Origin: Octopus vulgaris
Lineage: Eukaryota
Reading direction: 5' to 3'
DNA: 64,000 nucleotides
NCBI GenBank assembly: GCA_951406725.2
Contig: OX597817.1
Location: forward strand, 8,494,001 to 8,558,000
The notes beneath the pieces are model-generated. The model was not told the DNA's origin and did not search any database. It saw only the letters and a program-made list of their open reading frames with translations. Shown one piece after another: positions 1-13,446 of this stretch; position 1 is the stretch's first letter; each line of letters opens with the position of its first letter. The position numbers were made by a program, and so were the translations under genes.

Positions 1-780
1 TATTGAATTAATGCTTTCGCTTGAATGTTTTTCGAACATTCCTTATTTTTAAAGGAGCGGATAGATTCTGATTCTAGAGCGCCCTGTGTACGCCCATCAG
101 GACAATTCCTCCTGTGAACAGCAGAGAGAAAATAGTTTTGGCAACAGCTGTAAATAGTTTTCGCAGAAATGTCCGGAAAGCAATACCTTCCGGAGATATT
201 CCGCCATTTGCTAATAATGTAGGTGACAGCTTCGACATTACTATGGTACAATCGATATTTTCTATTACAGCATCGAAGTTTGTAGGATTCCTTACCGCGT
301 TTATCGATCAGGTATTTAGTAACTTTATCATGTTCCTGAATAGTGAATGTATCTTTCTTGGTGAAACGTGATGTATTTATCATAGGTTCGGGAAAGCTTA
401 CTGCTCCTTCAAATACTATTGTTATCCAGTGCATTACTTTGTGTTGATGAGTGTTTCTCCTCCAAGAGTTTGTTGCTGTGGGTTTACTTGCAACAACCGG
501 GCACTCAGAGTGCCTGTTCGGAAGTTCTGATGAGTATGTGAATATGCGATGTAGTCATTTCTTCCTGCGTAGTTCAGCTAGTGTTGTCTGGTGCAGCACA
601 CAAAAGACTGTTTGGTCTAAACTTATCCTTCCATGTTTCGGTTTAAAATAAATTCTATCAGTTTTATTGTTGATATTGAATTTATCAACGATGGTTATTG
701 TCGTTCTTCTCTTGATTTCTGAGTTGCAAGATCTCTTCAAGAGCCCAGTCAGTTTCTGGAGCGTTGATAATATCACTGGG
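1..780 (-). mobile_element. Decayed R4/Dong-like (RLE) non-LTR retrotransposon fragment, running off the window start
   Basis: A stop-free minus frame from ~532 to 1 includes TIQEHDKVTKYLIDKRGKESYKLRCCNRKYRLYHSNVEAVTYIISKW. This aligns with the element at 13447 (TIQGQEIATKYLINKR...CNYKCRLCHISVEDFTHVISCC), i.e. a degenerate CCHC knuckle region. Upper boundary approximate. Confidence 0.7.
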
Positions 781-827
781 ACAAGGGAGTTGTGGGATAA
801 GGTCTAGTGAATGCATGTATCTATGAT

Positions 828-1249
828 TACTCTTCTACTCTTTTACTTGTTTCAGTCATTTGATTGTGGCCATGCTGGAGCACCGCCTTTAGTCGAGGAA
901 ATCGACCCCAAGACTTATTCTTTGTAAGCCTAGTACTTATTCTATCGGTCTCTTTCGCCGAACCGCTTGGTTACGGGGACGTAAACACACCAGCATCAGT
1001 TGTCAAGCGATGTTGGGGGACAAACGCAGACACACAAACATAGACATACTCATAGACACACACACATATAAATATATACATATATATGACGGGCTTCGTT
1101 CAGTTTCCATCTACCAAATCCACTCACAAGGCTTTGGTCGGCCCGAGGCTATAGTAGAAGACACTTGCCCAAGGTTCCACGCAATGGGACTGAACCCGGA
1201 ACCACGTGGCTGGTAAACAAGCTACTTACCACACAGCCACTCCTACGCC
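828..1249 (-). mobile_element. tRNA-derived SINE, family A (head GGCGYAGGAGTGGCTGTGTGG, internal TA/TG microsatellite, tail GGCGGTGCTCCAGCATGGCC)
   Basis: Full-length match to more than 12 other copies in the window; pol III A/B-box-like head. Confidence 0.9.
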
Positions 1250-1779
1250 ATATTCTCTGATTGCCATATTTTCTGAAGTTTTTGGGATTTTTTTTTAGCA
1301 CTCTAGTTTACTTACATGACCAACGTATGCAACGTTTTCATCAATTCTGATATGCTTGTAGCATTTATCATTGAAAACAAGAAGATAGGCTAATGATATC
1401 TGGTTAACAATGTATCGCCGATTGACTTTCAAATATGACAAAAAAACCCCATCACTTTGCCCCAAGAAAATGTTATGTCCAGCATTAATTGTCTTTACTA
1501 ACAGCAGAAAGAAATAACTATGGAGTATGATCAAGAGATTAAAACCATCATAGTCTATGTGGATTCGAAATGGGTTCTCAATATTTCTATAATCATCCCC
1601 TCAACACACACACACAATAAGTTAGAAAGAACATAAAACAGTACAGTATGCATCATAACAAGTTATACACACACACATACCACCTACACGATGAACAAAA
1701 ATACTTAAATTGAAAGCCATCTGGACATATGAAAGATAGTTTGTTACCGCAAAAAGCTTCAGACACATACACTTACACA

Positions 1780-1783
<4 letters not shown>

Positions 1784-1876
<93 letters not shown>

Positions 1877-1995
1877 ACATGTACAGCAATACAGAGCACA
1901 ACTATAACATTGTAGAAACATTATTTCTGCGATTCAGCCCTGATAAACATAAACACACACATACACACACACGCACACACACACACACACACACA

Positions 1996-2088
<93 letters not shown>
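1784..2088. repeat. (TA)n and (CA)n microsatellites
   Basis: Direct reading. Confidence 0.97.
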
Positions 2089-2092
<4 letters not shown>

Positions 2093-2704
2093 CCATAGCT
2101 TTACCATTCTCCGTGGTTACAAAACAACCAGAAATAAGTGCAGTAGGATTGTGAGAATTACGTTCTGACTGAGTCCAGAGGGCATGAATACAAGGGCGAA
2201 AAGGACAAAGCTGGACATTGTCCAACCGTCAAACTACGCCCCATACGATTTATCATTGCATGTCGGTGTTTACAATATAATTCGCAGCTAAATACAGATA
2301 TAGAATAAACTGGGAAAATAGATTTATGGTTCAAATTTCGTCGTTCAGCTAAATACCTGCGTGCTATTGGATTGCTCGATCGGGGCTGCCATGGAACTCA
2401 TAACAACAGCTACTTTCATTATATACTAAAGATTTAAATTTTGACCTCGCAGCTTTCGTCTATCTTAATGAGTGTTGCAGAACAAAGACTGGACTATTAA
2501 TCGACATAATGCGATCCTTATACAACTAATGCTCGGCTAAAAGATTTAGACATCACTCTATTGCCCAAGCCTTGAAATTAAGGCGTTCATGCTCCCAATA
2601 AGAGCAGAATTCGCTTCACTGCTTGAACTCCTCTTCTCTTCACATTTGTTACCAAAAATGTTACAAAGAGAATCAATCTTTTAACAACGCCTTTCTTTGG
2701 CTAA

Positions 2705-3091
2705 GTGGAGGCGCAATGGCCCAGTGGTTAGGGCAGCGGACTCGCAGTCGTAGGATCGCGGTTTCGATTCCCAGACCGGGCGTTGTGAGTGTTTATTGAG
2801 CGAAAACACCTAAAAGCTTCACGAGGCTTCTGCAGGGGGTGGTGGTGAACCCTGCTGTACTCTTTCACCACAACTTTCTCTCACTCTTACTTCCTGTTTC
2901 TGTTGTACCTGTATTTCAAAGGACCAGCCTTGTCACTCTCTGTGTCACGCTGAATCTCCTCGAGAACTACGTTAAGGGTACACGTGTCTGTGGAGTGCTC
3001 AGCCACTTACACGTTAATTCCACGAGCAAGCTGTTCCGTTGATCGTATCAGCTGGGACCCTCATCGTCGTAACCGACGGAGTGCTCCTATA
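2705..3091 (+). mobile_element. tRNA(Arg-like)-derived SINE, family B
   Basis: Head GGAGGCGCAATGGCCCAGTGGTTAGGGCAGCGGACTCG; 11-bp TSD TCTTTGGCTAA at 2694-2704 and 3092-3102. Confidence 0.93.
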
Positions 3092-3522
3092 TCTTTGGCT
3101 AAATTATATTTCAGGGCGTTACGCTTAATTGTTGCACACTGCATATACAAATTAACGAGTGTTTCATTAAAATTCATGTTTGAACCTTCAAGTATATAAG
3201 TAGTTCATGTACGAAAGAGGAAATGTTTTCACAGAATCAAGATGAAACGGAATTTTGAAGCTCCAGAAAGGTTAAGTACGCTGTAGAATATCTACTATTT
3301 CCTGAGTATCTCAACTAATTTGGCTTTCATTTGTCGCAACACAGATAAATGTGTTGATTTCCCAGTGCATGCAAAATCCATTGTTTCATATCTAAATGAA
3401 TAAACATCAACAATAGCAACAACAAGAGCAGTATTTAGTATCGTTAAAAAGTGAATTTTGACTGCTTCGTTTCGTTTGTTGATATTTTTGTTAGTGATAT
3501 GTTGGTCCACGTCAACCTTGAT

Positions 3523-3917
3523 ATGGATTGGATTGGAAGCACTCCGTCGGTTACGACGACGAGGGTTCCGGTTGATCCGAATCAACGGAACAGCCTGCTC
3601 GTGAAATTAACGTGTAAGTGGCTGAGCACTCCACAGACACGTGCACCCTTAACGTAGTTCTCGGGGATATTCAGCGTGACACAGAGAGTGACAAGGCCGG
3701 CCCCTTGAAATACAGGTACAACAGAAACAGGAAGTAAGAGTGAGAGAAAGTTGTGGTGAAAGAGTACAGCAGGGATCACCACCATCCCTGTCGGAGCCTC
3801 GTGGAGCTTTAGGTGTTTTCGCTCAATAAACACTCACAACGCCCGGTCTGGGAATCGAAACCGCGATCCTACGACCGCGAATCCGCTGCCCTAACCACTG
3901 GGCCATTGCGCCTCCAC
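3523..3917 (-). mobile_element. SINE family B
   Basis: Reverse-complement copy; 11-bp TSD TCAACCTTGAT at 3512-3522 and 3918-3928. Confidence 0.93.
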
Positions 3918-5104
3918 TCAACCTTGATCTAGTAGACCTATTGATCAAATATGTTCCAGCCGTGATCATCCAGTCTTTTCTGGGCATAGTATATCTAAGA
4001 AGTTTTCTTGCGCATATGTAGTTACTCTTTGACGACTAAGCTTCACTCGGCAGTGTACTACAAGTACAACTTGCTAATAATCGGTTTTACAGTAAAACAT
4101 ACATTGTGTACACACACACATACATACCCACACACACACGCACACACACAAACATACATATGTTACAAACACTTTAGATTTACAAAGTCAACTAGGAATA
4201 CGAATGATATTAAGATTATATGAAGATTATGTAGTCAATTAGGGTTAGTACTAACGAGATGCAGCTGTTGACGACCTTATTTTCTCTACTAATCTATTTT
4301 CGTAATCATTGTTTTGTCTAGCTCTGCGAAAATTCCGAAAAAGAACCACATGTTAAGAACTTTTGGAAAGTAGATATTCAGATAAATGCTCCACATATTA
4401 TGTTTTCATAAACAATCAAAATAATCAAGATTTCTTTAACAATCGGTTTTTAAATTTTGATACAACATTCTCTGGATGGACATTTACGACCGAACAGGTT
4501 AAACAAAAATGTTTCTCCTTGCCTAAGAACAAGATGAATTTTTTCATTAATTTCTTTTAAAGTAATGGATGTATTTGATGTATCTCACTTCTGATGTCTT
4601 CGTGTTTTTCTTTTTGCTCTTCATCAGAACAACATGTATTGATCAAGGAAAATTTAAAGGACGATACTGGCTCCAGTAAGATTTGAACTCCTCACTGTGA
4701 GGTACTAATTTAAGCAAATATTAAAAAGACATTTGAAAGTGAATTCTAGCGTTCGCAGTTAACTCTATAACGTTTCCTGGACCAATTCTCGATTATGTTA
4801 GATAACTAAAATGGTGACCATGAAGATAAAATGACGATGATGATGATGGCAGCTGCGACGACGACGACGATGATGATGATGATTGATGATGATAGCGTTT
4901 AGTCTCAAGTCAATTCGTGTAAGATCTGTTCCAGTTATGATCATCTCGTTTAGTAGTTCTAGAGTTATATGATCTAGATCTGTTTCTATACCAGAAGCTA
5001 GGACTTGAGCAAGGCTCAGCTGATATCATATAGACCTATCAACCATATACAGGCTCTTGTTTTCCTGTAACTGTGATGTTTGAGGCATAATTACAGCAGA
5101 GTTA

Positions 5105-5445
5105 AAGGTGGTAAGCAGGGAAAAACGTTAGCGAGCCAGACAAAATAATTAACGGCATTTCTTCTGCCTCTTAACGTTCTAGGTTCGAATTCCGCCGAGG
5201 TCGGCTTTGCTTTTCATCCTTTAGGGATCCGTAAAATAATTACCTGTCAAACACATCGATGTAATAAAATCATACCTATTTCTTTATTACCCACAAGGGG
5301 CTAAACATAGAGGGGACAAACATGGACATACATAGGTATTAAGTCGATTATATCGACCCCAGTGCGTAACTGGTACTGAATTTATCGACCCCGAAAGGAT
5401 GAAAGGCAAAGTCGACCTCGGCGGAATTTGAACTCACAACGTAAC
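5105..5445. mobile_element. Two SINE family C copies (older + copy ~5105-5260, younger - copy ~5275-5445)
   Basis: Central domain GTCGACTTTGCCTTTCATCCTTTCGGGGTCGATAAA (resembles the Meta/MESC SINE domain) present in both orientations. Confidence 0.8.
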
Positions 5446-5988
5446 GATTCTTTAAAATTGCCAAACTTTAGACAAAATTTGAAACCGTGATTCTAGGGGA
5501 GTCAAGAGGACAAACAGACGTAGCACGATATGAAAGGCATAATCGATGTCCTTGGTTTTATAGAAATTGAGTGTAAATTTTTACAGAATGACGAGTATGA
5601 GGAATTACACATGATGAGCTAGAGATCATAAAACGTGAGTAATAATTAGCAAAATTTATGAATAAACATATTAGAAGTGGTGATACATTAGTTCGTAGTT
5701 CAATATCATAAATTACAAGTTTTCCCCATGTCTTATGTAAATAAAAAGTGAGATTAGAATGCAAATTTACTGTAGAAAATTACGTTATATAACTCAGTTT
5801 TGGTAAAGGTGATACTGCAGTGAAGGTAGTCGGTTATCGGTGAACCAATTCTACGTGTATGCTTCCATTATAAGCTTTAGCTATTTCCCGATTCCATGTA
5901 ATATTTAAGGTCCTAAGGGCGATAAGCTGGTAGAATCGTTAGCACTATGGGCAAAATGTTTAGCACCATTTCGTCTGTCTTTACGTTC

Positions 5989-6419
5989 GTTCTGAGTTAA
6001 GATTCCTAGGTCGACTTTGCCTTTTATCCTTTCACACAGCCACTTTTGCGCTTAAATATATGTTCTTTCAATATTTCAGAAGATTCGATATTGCGTGGTT
6101 CATACATCTCATAAAGATGTTAACAGCGAGTGACAAATTAAACGGATAGAATTACAAGTCGGGGCGGAAATCGAGAATTGATGTCCGTGTCTTTTCCCAG
6201 GATCAATGTTCTCTTGAGAGAGGACACAGCGTAATTCATTCTGAAAACACATAGTAGGTCATTTATCCATGAAATCGAAAGTGAGAAGTAAAACCAAAAC
6301 TTTTAAACTAAATTTACTAAATTGTTCAGGCTGGAATCCGGTTTCTATCTATTAAGTTCTGAGTTAAGATTCCTAGGTCGACTTTGCCTTTTATCCTTTC
6401 ACACAGCCACTTTTGCGCT

Positions 6420-6428
<9 letters not shown>
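5989..6428 (+). repeat. 73-bp identical direct repeat (5989-6061 and 6356-6428)
   Basis: GTTCTGAGTTAAGATTCCTAGGTCGACTTTGCC...TTTTGCGCTTAAATATAT occurs twice. Confidence 0.9.
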
Positions 6429-6489
<61 letters not shown>

Positions 6490-7257
6490 GATTGTTTTCC
6501 TAAAAAGCTGAAAGATGAATCGCATATATGACCAATGTGCGCCACAAATTACAATTTTTTACTCGTAGACCCCTTAAAATCTCCTGTGGACCCCTGTTGG
6601 GAACCCCTACTTTGGATTGTTTTCCTAAAAAGCTGTAAGTTGAATCGCATGTATGAACAATGTGCGCCTTTTATTATTAAATGGTTTACTATAAAAAATA
6701 GGCGAACATGTTGACAGATATATACTGGATGCCCTACACCAGAAATGAAGATTTTTAACGTAGGGTTGTTGTTATTGTTGCTGTTTAGGCCAAGCATAGT
6801 CTTTATACAACACATAGATCTATGATCAAAGATCATTCCAGCAATGACTCTGCCATCCTTTCTCGTTGAATAATCTAACCTGGATAGTATTATCCAATGT
6901 CTGCTTTTATAAAATGGTAAGAATTAGGTTGAGAGAGCTTTGACTGCTATGTCTAGCAGATTGAGCAACTACAAAGTGATTTCCATATTGGCATATGAAC
7001 AAGTGACAGCGTTGAGGAGTTGGTAGGGATGACTTTTCAACGATAGGATATCAGTCGTCGCAATTAAACTTTTTAAATTATACGAAATGGGATGATTTGT
7101 CGTTATTTAGCCTTAGGTAAGCAGAACTGTAAGAACACCGGACTGCATATTTTGCAGGGTTTTTCTTTTTGTTTGTTTGTTTTGGGTCGTTGAGTTCTGA
7201 GTTCTAATCCCTTCATGGCCTACATCGGTGATCGACTTAACCCGTTGTTCAGTTCAC

Positions 7258-7351
7258 CAAAACCACCACCACCATCACCACTACCACCACCACCATCGCC
7301 GCTGCCACCACCACCGCCGCCGCCACCACTGCCACCGCCGCAACCGAAGCC

Positions 7352-7383
<32 letters not shown>

Positions 7384-7668
7384 CAACACCACCACCACCA
7401 TCGCCGCCACCGTCGACACCGTCGCCGCCACCACCACCACTACCATCACCAGCACCACCAGCACCACCATCGCCACCACCACCACCACCACCACCACCAC
7501 CACCATCACCACCACCACCACCACCATCACCACCACCACTACCATCACCAGCACCACCAGCACCACCATCGCCACCACCACCACCACCACCACCACCACC
7601 ATCACCACCACCACCACCACCATCACCACCACCACCACCACCACCACCACCACCACCACCACTACTAG
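7258..7668. repeat. Compound (CCA)n trinucleotide microsatellite
   Basis: CCA/CCG/CAA/TCA units; source of the poly-P, poly-H, poly-G and poly-V ORFs. Confidence 0.95.
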
Positions 7669-7975
7669 CACCTTGGTTGTCTTTAGCAGAGATCACAATG
7701 TTGGGAGAGCAATCGAGCCAGATCTCCGGTTTCAGGATACCTTAGTTTCTCCCATCATCCAGGCATTGATGTCTAGTTATATCCATTGACACTTCATTCC
7801 TGACTACAAGATAAAAAGAAAACAATATGGCAGCGTTGTTCGAGCAGTAGCGAGAGTCCCGCTCCAACAACAAACATTTTCGTAGTAACCAGGTTGGGTT
7901 GACCCATTGTTTATTTTACAAAATCATGTGTATACAGTGTATACGGTTGTAGAAGCTACCTGAAAAGTGCCATAC

Positions 7976-8106
7976 CGCAGGAGTGGCTGTGTGGTAAGTA
8001 GCTTGGTTGCGTGGCATCTTGGGCAAGTGTCTTCTGCTATAGCTCCGGGCCGACCAATACCTTGTGAGTGGATTTGGTAGACGGAAACTGAAAGAAGCCC
8101 GTCGTA

Positions 8107-8180
<74 letters not shown>

Positions 8181-8400
8181 TGTGTTTGTGTGTCTGTGTT
8201 TGTCCCCCTAGCATTGCTTGACAACCGATGCTGGTGTGTTTACGTCCCCGTCACTTAGCGGTTCGGCAAAAGAGACCGATAGAATAAGTACTAGGCTTAC
8301 AAAGAATAAGTGCCGGGGTCGATTTGCTCGACTAAAGGCGGTGCTCCAGCATGGCCGCAGTCAAAATGACCGTAACAAGTAAAAAGAAAAAAAGAAAGAA
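7976..8400 (+). mobile_element. SINE family A with a small head deletion
   Basis: Match to family A head, body and tail. Confidence 0.9.
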
Positions 8401-8410
8401 AAGATACCTC

Positions 8411-8602
8411 TATGAGAGGGCGCTGAAAAGTTCCTAGCTCTGAGTAAAAGAAAATGCAACATATTTCCCTCTCAGATACACACACATTTATTGTAGTGGT
8501 CCTTTAGTTTTCTAATTCCTGTAAAAGAATTCAGATGGTTGGGCCTTCAACCAAGCCTTTCGCAATATACTTGAAGCCAAGAACCTCCCAGAATCCCCTT
8601 GT
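8411..8602. mobile_element. Degenerate mariner-type MITE
   Basis: Left end TATGAGAGGGCGCTGAAAAGTTCC resembles the mariner TIR at 30880; right end GCCAAGAACCTCCCAGAATCCCCTTG is an imperfect inverse. Confidence 0.5.
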
Positions 8603-9354
8603 GTATCCATCATAACACAATCTCTAGATCCTTTGAAAAAATGGATATGGATCTCCGTCGATTGCGACGATAAGTGTTATAATTCTTCGATTAACGGAAC
8701 ATTGTAATCTTTCATTTGACGTGTACTCGTAAGTGGCTGAGTATTTCACAGACGTTTCTGCATCTGGTATAATTCGAAAACTGAGTGAACGCGACAGAAT
8801 TTTGAATTAAGTGTACAATCCATTTAACGAGCTTTTATTTTCGGCGGTAAAAGACACCGATGTCTTTCAGTGGTGCCCCAGGATTTTGAAATGAATATCC
8901 TGACCATCTGATCATGCCTGATTCCCTAATCTCTCATTCGATGCTAAACACCAGGGATCTTAAAGTGGTCATAAGACTCGCTAGAAATATATGTCAAACC
9001 ACATTCTACCAATTTACATTTATATCATGTAACTGAAAAATACAAGTTTTGAATAGTGATATGGGATGTCATGGTTGGAGCGCCTCTGATCAAAAGGTCC
9101 GTTCGATTCGGATTGACAACAACACAACAGAATAGACACCTCTCAGTTGTTCAGGTTTAATAAGAATGTCCAAAGCAGAATAAGTGACAACTTCAAGAAT
9201 TCGAACTTTGGCCTCCTGCAGAGAAAATATTTACGTATTCTTCGTTCGGTAATCATGTTTCCACTAAGCTCACACATACGTGTTCGAATAACAATAACAA
9301 CGACATATTGCAAATACACAAACATGCATTTACAACCAACAACACACATTCGCA

Positions 9355-9356
<2 letters not shown>

Positions 9357-9391
<35 letters not shown>

Positions 9392-9831
9392 TACACACAC
9401 ACGTATACACACTTACGCACGCACACATACACAAACGTACAGACGTGCGCGCACACAAAATCTCTCTCTCTCCCTCTGTCTCTCTCTCCCTCTGTCTCTC
9501 TCCGCCTCTCTCGATCTCTCTCTATCTGATTGTCTGTCATAAATAATCTCAGTAGGAATGTCACAACATAGCTTTATGTTTAAAGTAATAATGAAACAAA
9601 TATGACACCGACTCCACACGCCTTCATACAGATGATAGTCGCACGCACTACGCACATAGACGCAGGCGAGCACGAACCCATGAACGCACGCACGCACACA
9701 AAAACACACACACACCCACTTACACATATGGAAGATGTTGATAGTGAAAGTTACCAAAATAGAACGCCAAAGATGTTCAATGCAGATGTCTACTCTAGGG
9801 TTCCAATGCTTCACAAATATATATATATATG

Positions 9832-9880
<49 letters not shown>

Positions 9881-9917
9881 ACACACACACAGACACACAC
9901 ACACAGACACACACACA

Positions 9918-9988
<71 letters not shown>

Positions 9989-9999
9989 ACACACACAGA

Positions 10000-10070
<71 letters not shown>

Positions 10071-10479
10071 ACACACACAGACACACACACACAGAGACAC
10101 ACACACACACACATATATGTACTATACGTATGCGTATGTGAGTATGCGTGCGTGTGTGTGTGTGTGTGCACGTATATAATATAATAATATATGATATTTT
10201 GTGTTTGTTGTTTGTTCCCTAATTTCAACGCCCCTCCCTTTAGCAATACATAAACAGTAACGATGGGGGCGGGCGGTTGGGCGGGCGGGGAGGAAGGAAT
10301 GAAAGAGAAAGAAAACTGGAGCCGATATGAATATTAGCGACACCAGATCAATTTGTAATGTAGACAAAAATGGAACACTCCTTCATAATAAATATAAAAA
10401 GGAACATCAAAAATAATATAAAATATACGCCTATTATAAATATATATATATATGTGATTACATTTATATGTGTATTATA

Positions 10480-10546
<67 letters not shown>

Positions 10547-10611
10547 ATGTATATGTGTGTGTGTGTGTACATATATGTGTGTGAGTGTGTGTGCATATAT
10601 ATGTGTGTGTG

Positions 10612-10649
<38 letters not shown>

Positions 10650-10847
10650 CATACTCACCCGCATTGGTATGTATACACACACATATATATATATATATAT
10701 GTTTACATAATACAAGTATTTGAAAAGTATGAAACGATATTTATTTTACTCGTTGTTTATGATTATGAATGTTTTGTGGAGTGTATATGCCTACACATGT
10801 ACACAAATATATATCTATATAAATCCATACACACACACACACACATG

Positions 10848-10894
<47 letters not shown>

Positions 10895-10939
10895 ACAACA
10901 GATACAGACAGAGAGATATTTTACATGTATACATACATG

Positions 10940-10987
<48 letters not shown>

Positions 10988-11040
10988 TGTGTATATGTAT
11001 GTATAAGTACATACACACACACACACACACACATATATAT
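9357..11040. repeat. Dense (CT)n/(CA)n/(TA)n/(TG)n microsatellite field with short unique islands
   Basis: Direct reading. Confidence 0.95.
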
Positions 11041-12184
11041 TCATTGTAAGCTAAAAGAAAAACAAAACAAAAACACTGTCATGTGAGATATGGTAGTCAC
11101 CAGGTGAAAGGAAATAATCAATATAAAAAGCGTCAGAAGTGTTTGGAAGATAAGAAGATAGGAAAGATAAAATAGAAAGAGGGTGAGTGGGAGATGTTAA
11201 ATGGAAAGCAGAGAGGTCAGGAAAGTAAGCCAAAATATTCCAATATGATATGAAACGTGTGTATGCTTACATACAAAGATAGACACATAACATAGGTGTC
11301 TGTGTGCACGTATGTGGTGCAGATGTGTGTGTGTGTATGAGTGTGTGTGTGTGTGTGTTTATGTATTTGTATGTACTCGTGTTAACAACATTATCAAACA
11401 TGTTGGCAGCCTTATTAATTATGGAGAATAGCGCATCTGTCCAAACGAAATTGAATATTGAATTCTTCTCTTACTTTTGAAAATATCTTTACCGCGCGCA
11501 CACATATATAATAGATACATATATAATGTTAGACACATATACACACATACACACATATCATATATGCAATTGCATTTGTGTGTATAAATACCTGCGCGCG
11601 CAGCCCTCCGCATATACGCACATATGAATTACAGTATTAAAATCTTTTTACGTTTTAAAAATACCGTATATATATATATCACGTAATATGTGCAGTATGT
11701 GGAAACGAAACTGAAAGTAAAACCATTGTTATTGTCGCTTACTCACGTATCCACTATTTCCAGTTTGACAGCCCTCTAATATAAGCAAATTATTATATAT
11801 GTAGGTACTTGTATTCTTAAGTTCTTTAAATGTGATTAGCTTTGTGAAAGGGTATAAATAATGTAGCACTACGAGTGACCTGACATAACATAACATATAC
11901 ATACTTACACACATAGATACATACATACATAAATACATACATACATACATACACGCATACCTGAATGCATAGCTGCATGGGTGTGTGTGTGTTGTTATGG
12001 CATATTGGCTATATAAAGAATGTCACTCAAATACTGCTGTGCCGCTAATTCGCGCCGGTTGACATATCAGTTAATCTGCCATCAGACAACCTCTGTGTTA
12101 GGTGGAGCTGGGTAGGATATGCGTTTGTTGTACCATATTAGCGGCTCATTGTGCTTTGCTGTCGACCCCAGTACGTTACTGGTA

Positions 12185-12738
12185 TTGGGATTTTCCGGAA
12201 AGTTCGTGCCGATTTTTAAAGGAAAGTAAAAGGTCAATAGATACTTTCCATTACATTTTTAATCAACCAAATATGAACCATTTTGCTGCACAATTCGTCT
12301 CCATCTTTGCTTTAACTTGAAAATACCCTCTTCCCAGAATTGAGGTGTTTCATGGTAAAGAATTCATTTACGTCATCCAAGGAATTGAAATTTTTACCAT
12401 TAAGACTATTCTGCAGAGATCTGAATAAGTGGAAATCCGAAGGAGTAATATCTGGTGTATATGGAGGGTGGTTTAACACATCTCAGCCGAGCTGCAGCAA
12501 TTTATGTCTGGTTCCCAAAGCACCACGTGCCGAAAATGAACTTTCTTATCTTCCATTTTAAAGGGTTACAGAATTAACACAGGTTATAGGAACACAAACC
12601 TTCTTCCACGAAAAGATAGCTTAAACTGTGCTCTAAATGGAAATGTAGTCAAATCCTATTTTATGGACTCAAGCGTGTTCTAAAATAAGTCGAAATGTAA
12701 GCTACTATAAATCGGCACGAACTTTCCGGACAGTCCAA
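12185..12738 (-). mobile_element. Internally deleted mariner transposon, nested in a SINE family C copy
   Basis: TIRs TTGGGATTTTCCGGAAAGTTCGTGCCGATTT / AAATCGGCACGAACTTTCCGGACAGTCCAA, TA TSD on both sides. Minus strand encodes PYTPDITPSDFHLFRSLQNSLNGK (YSPDLAPSD motif). The flanks rejoin into SINE C sequence. Confidence 0.9.
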
Positions 12739-12962
12739 TACTATATTTCATCGACTCCGAAAGGATAAAAGGCATTGCAGGCTTCGATGGAATTTGAACT
12801 CACAACGTAAAGAGTCAGAGTATATACTGCAACGTAGTTTGGCTGATTCTCCCCAAATTCTGCTAACGCACCAGTTTTAGTACATTCGTGGAAATATGAC
12901 TCAGTTTTAAACGAGATGTATCTGTTGTATCGGGCATGTTTATCCCAACTACATCCCTGTGC

Positions 12963-12982
12963 ACATACATACATTACATACA

Positions 12983-13024
<42 letters not shown>

Positions 13025-13370
13025 CCACACATACATACATACATACATACATACATACATACATACATACATACATACATACATACATACATACAGGAGC
13101 ACTCCGTCGGTTACGACGACGAGGGTCCCAGCTGATACGATTAACGGAACAGCCTGCTCATGAAATTAACGTGCAAGTGCCTGAGCAATCCACAGACCCC
13201 TAACGCGTACCCCTAACGCGTACCCCTAACGCGTACCTCTAACGTAATTCTCAGGGAGATTCAGCGTGACACATACATACATACATACATACATACATAC
13301 ATACATACATACATACATACATACATACATACATACATACATACATACATTACATTACATTACATACATA
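12963..13370. repeat. (TACA)n microsatellite containing a 5'-truncated family B SINE (13095-13272, minus strand)
   Basis: TACA arrays flank GGAGCACTCCGTCGGTTACGACGACGAGGG...; internal CCCTAACGCGTA triplication. Confidence 0.88.
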
Positions 13371-13446
13371 CCTTTGGAAACCGGCTCCCTCCTCCGTGGA
13401 AGATTTATAATAATGAAACGTAGAAGAGACATATTCGTACATACAT

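Noticed and set aside
2706-2780. tRNA-like sequences at SINE heads
   Set aside because: They continue into SINE bodies with TSDs and lack intact cloverleaves; not tRNA genes
2839-3833. Recurrent MVVIPAVLFHHNFL ORFs
   Set aside because: Chance frames within SINE family B
7215-7745. 176-aa proline-rich ORF and overlapping poly-G/H/V ORFs
   Set aside because: Translations of a CCA microsatellite; no flanking domain or clear splice context
9413-11086. Many long HT/CV/YI ORFs (also 44712-45412 and 49752-50442)
   Set aside because: Dinucleotide and tetranucleotide repeats lack stop codons; not genes
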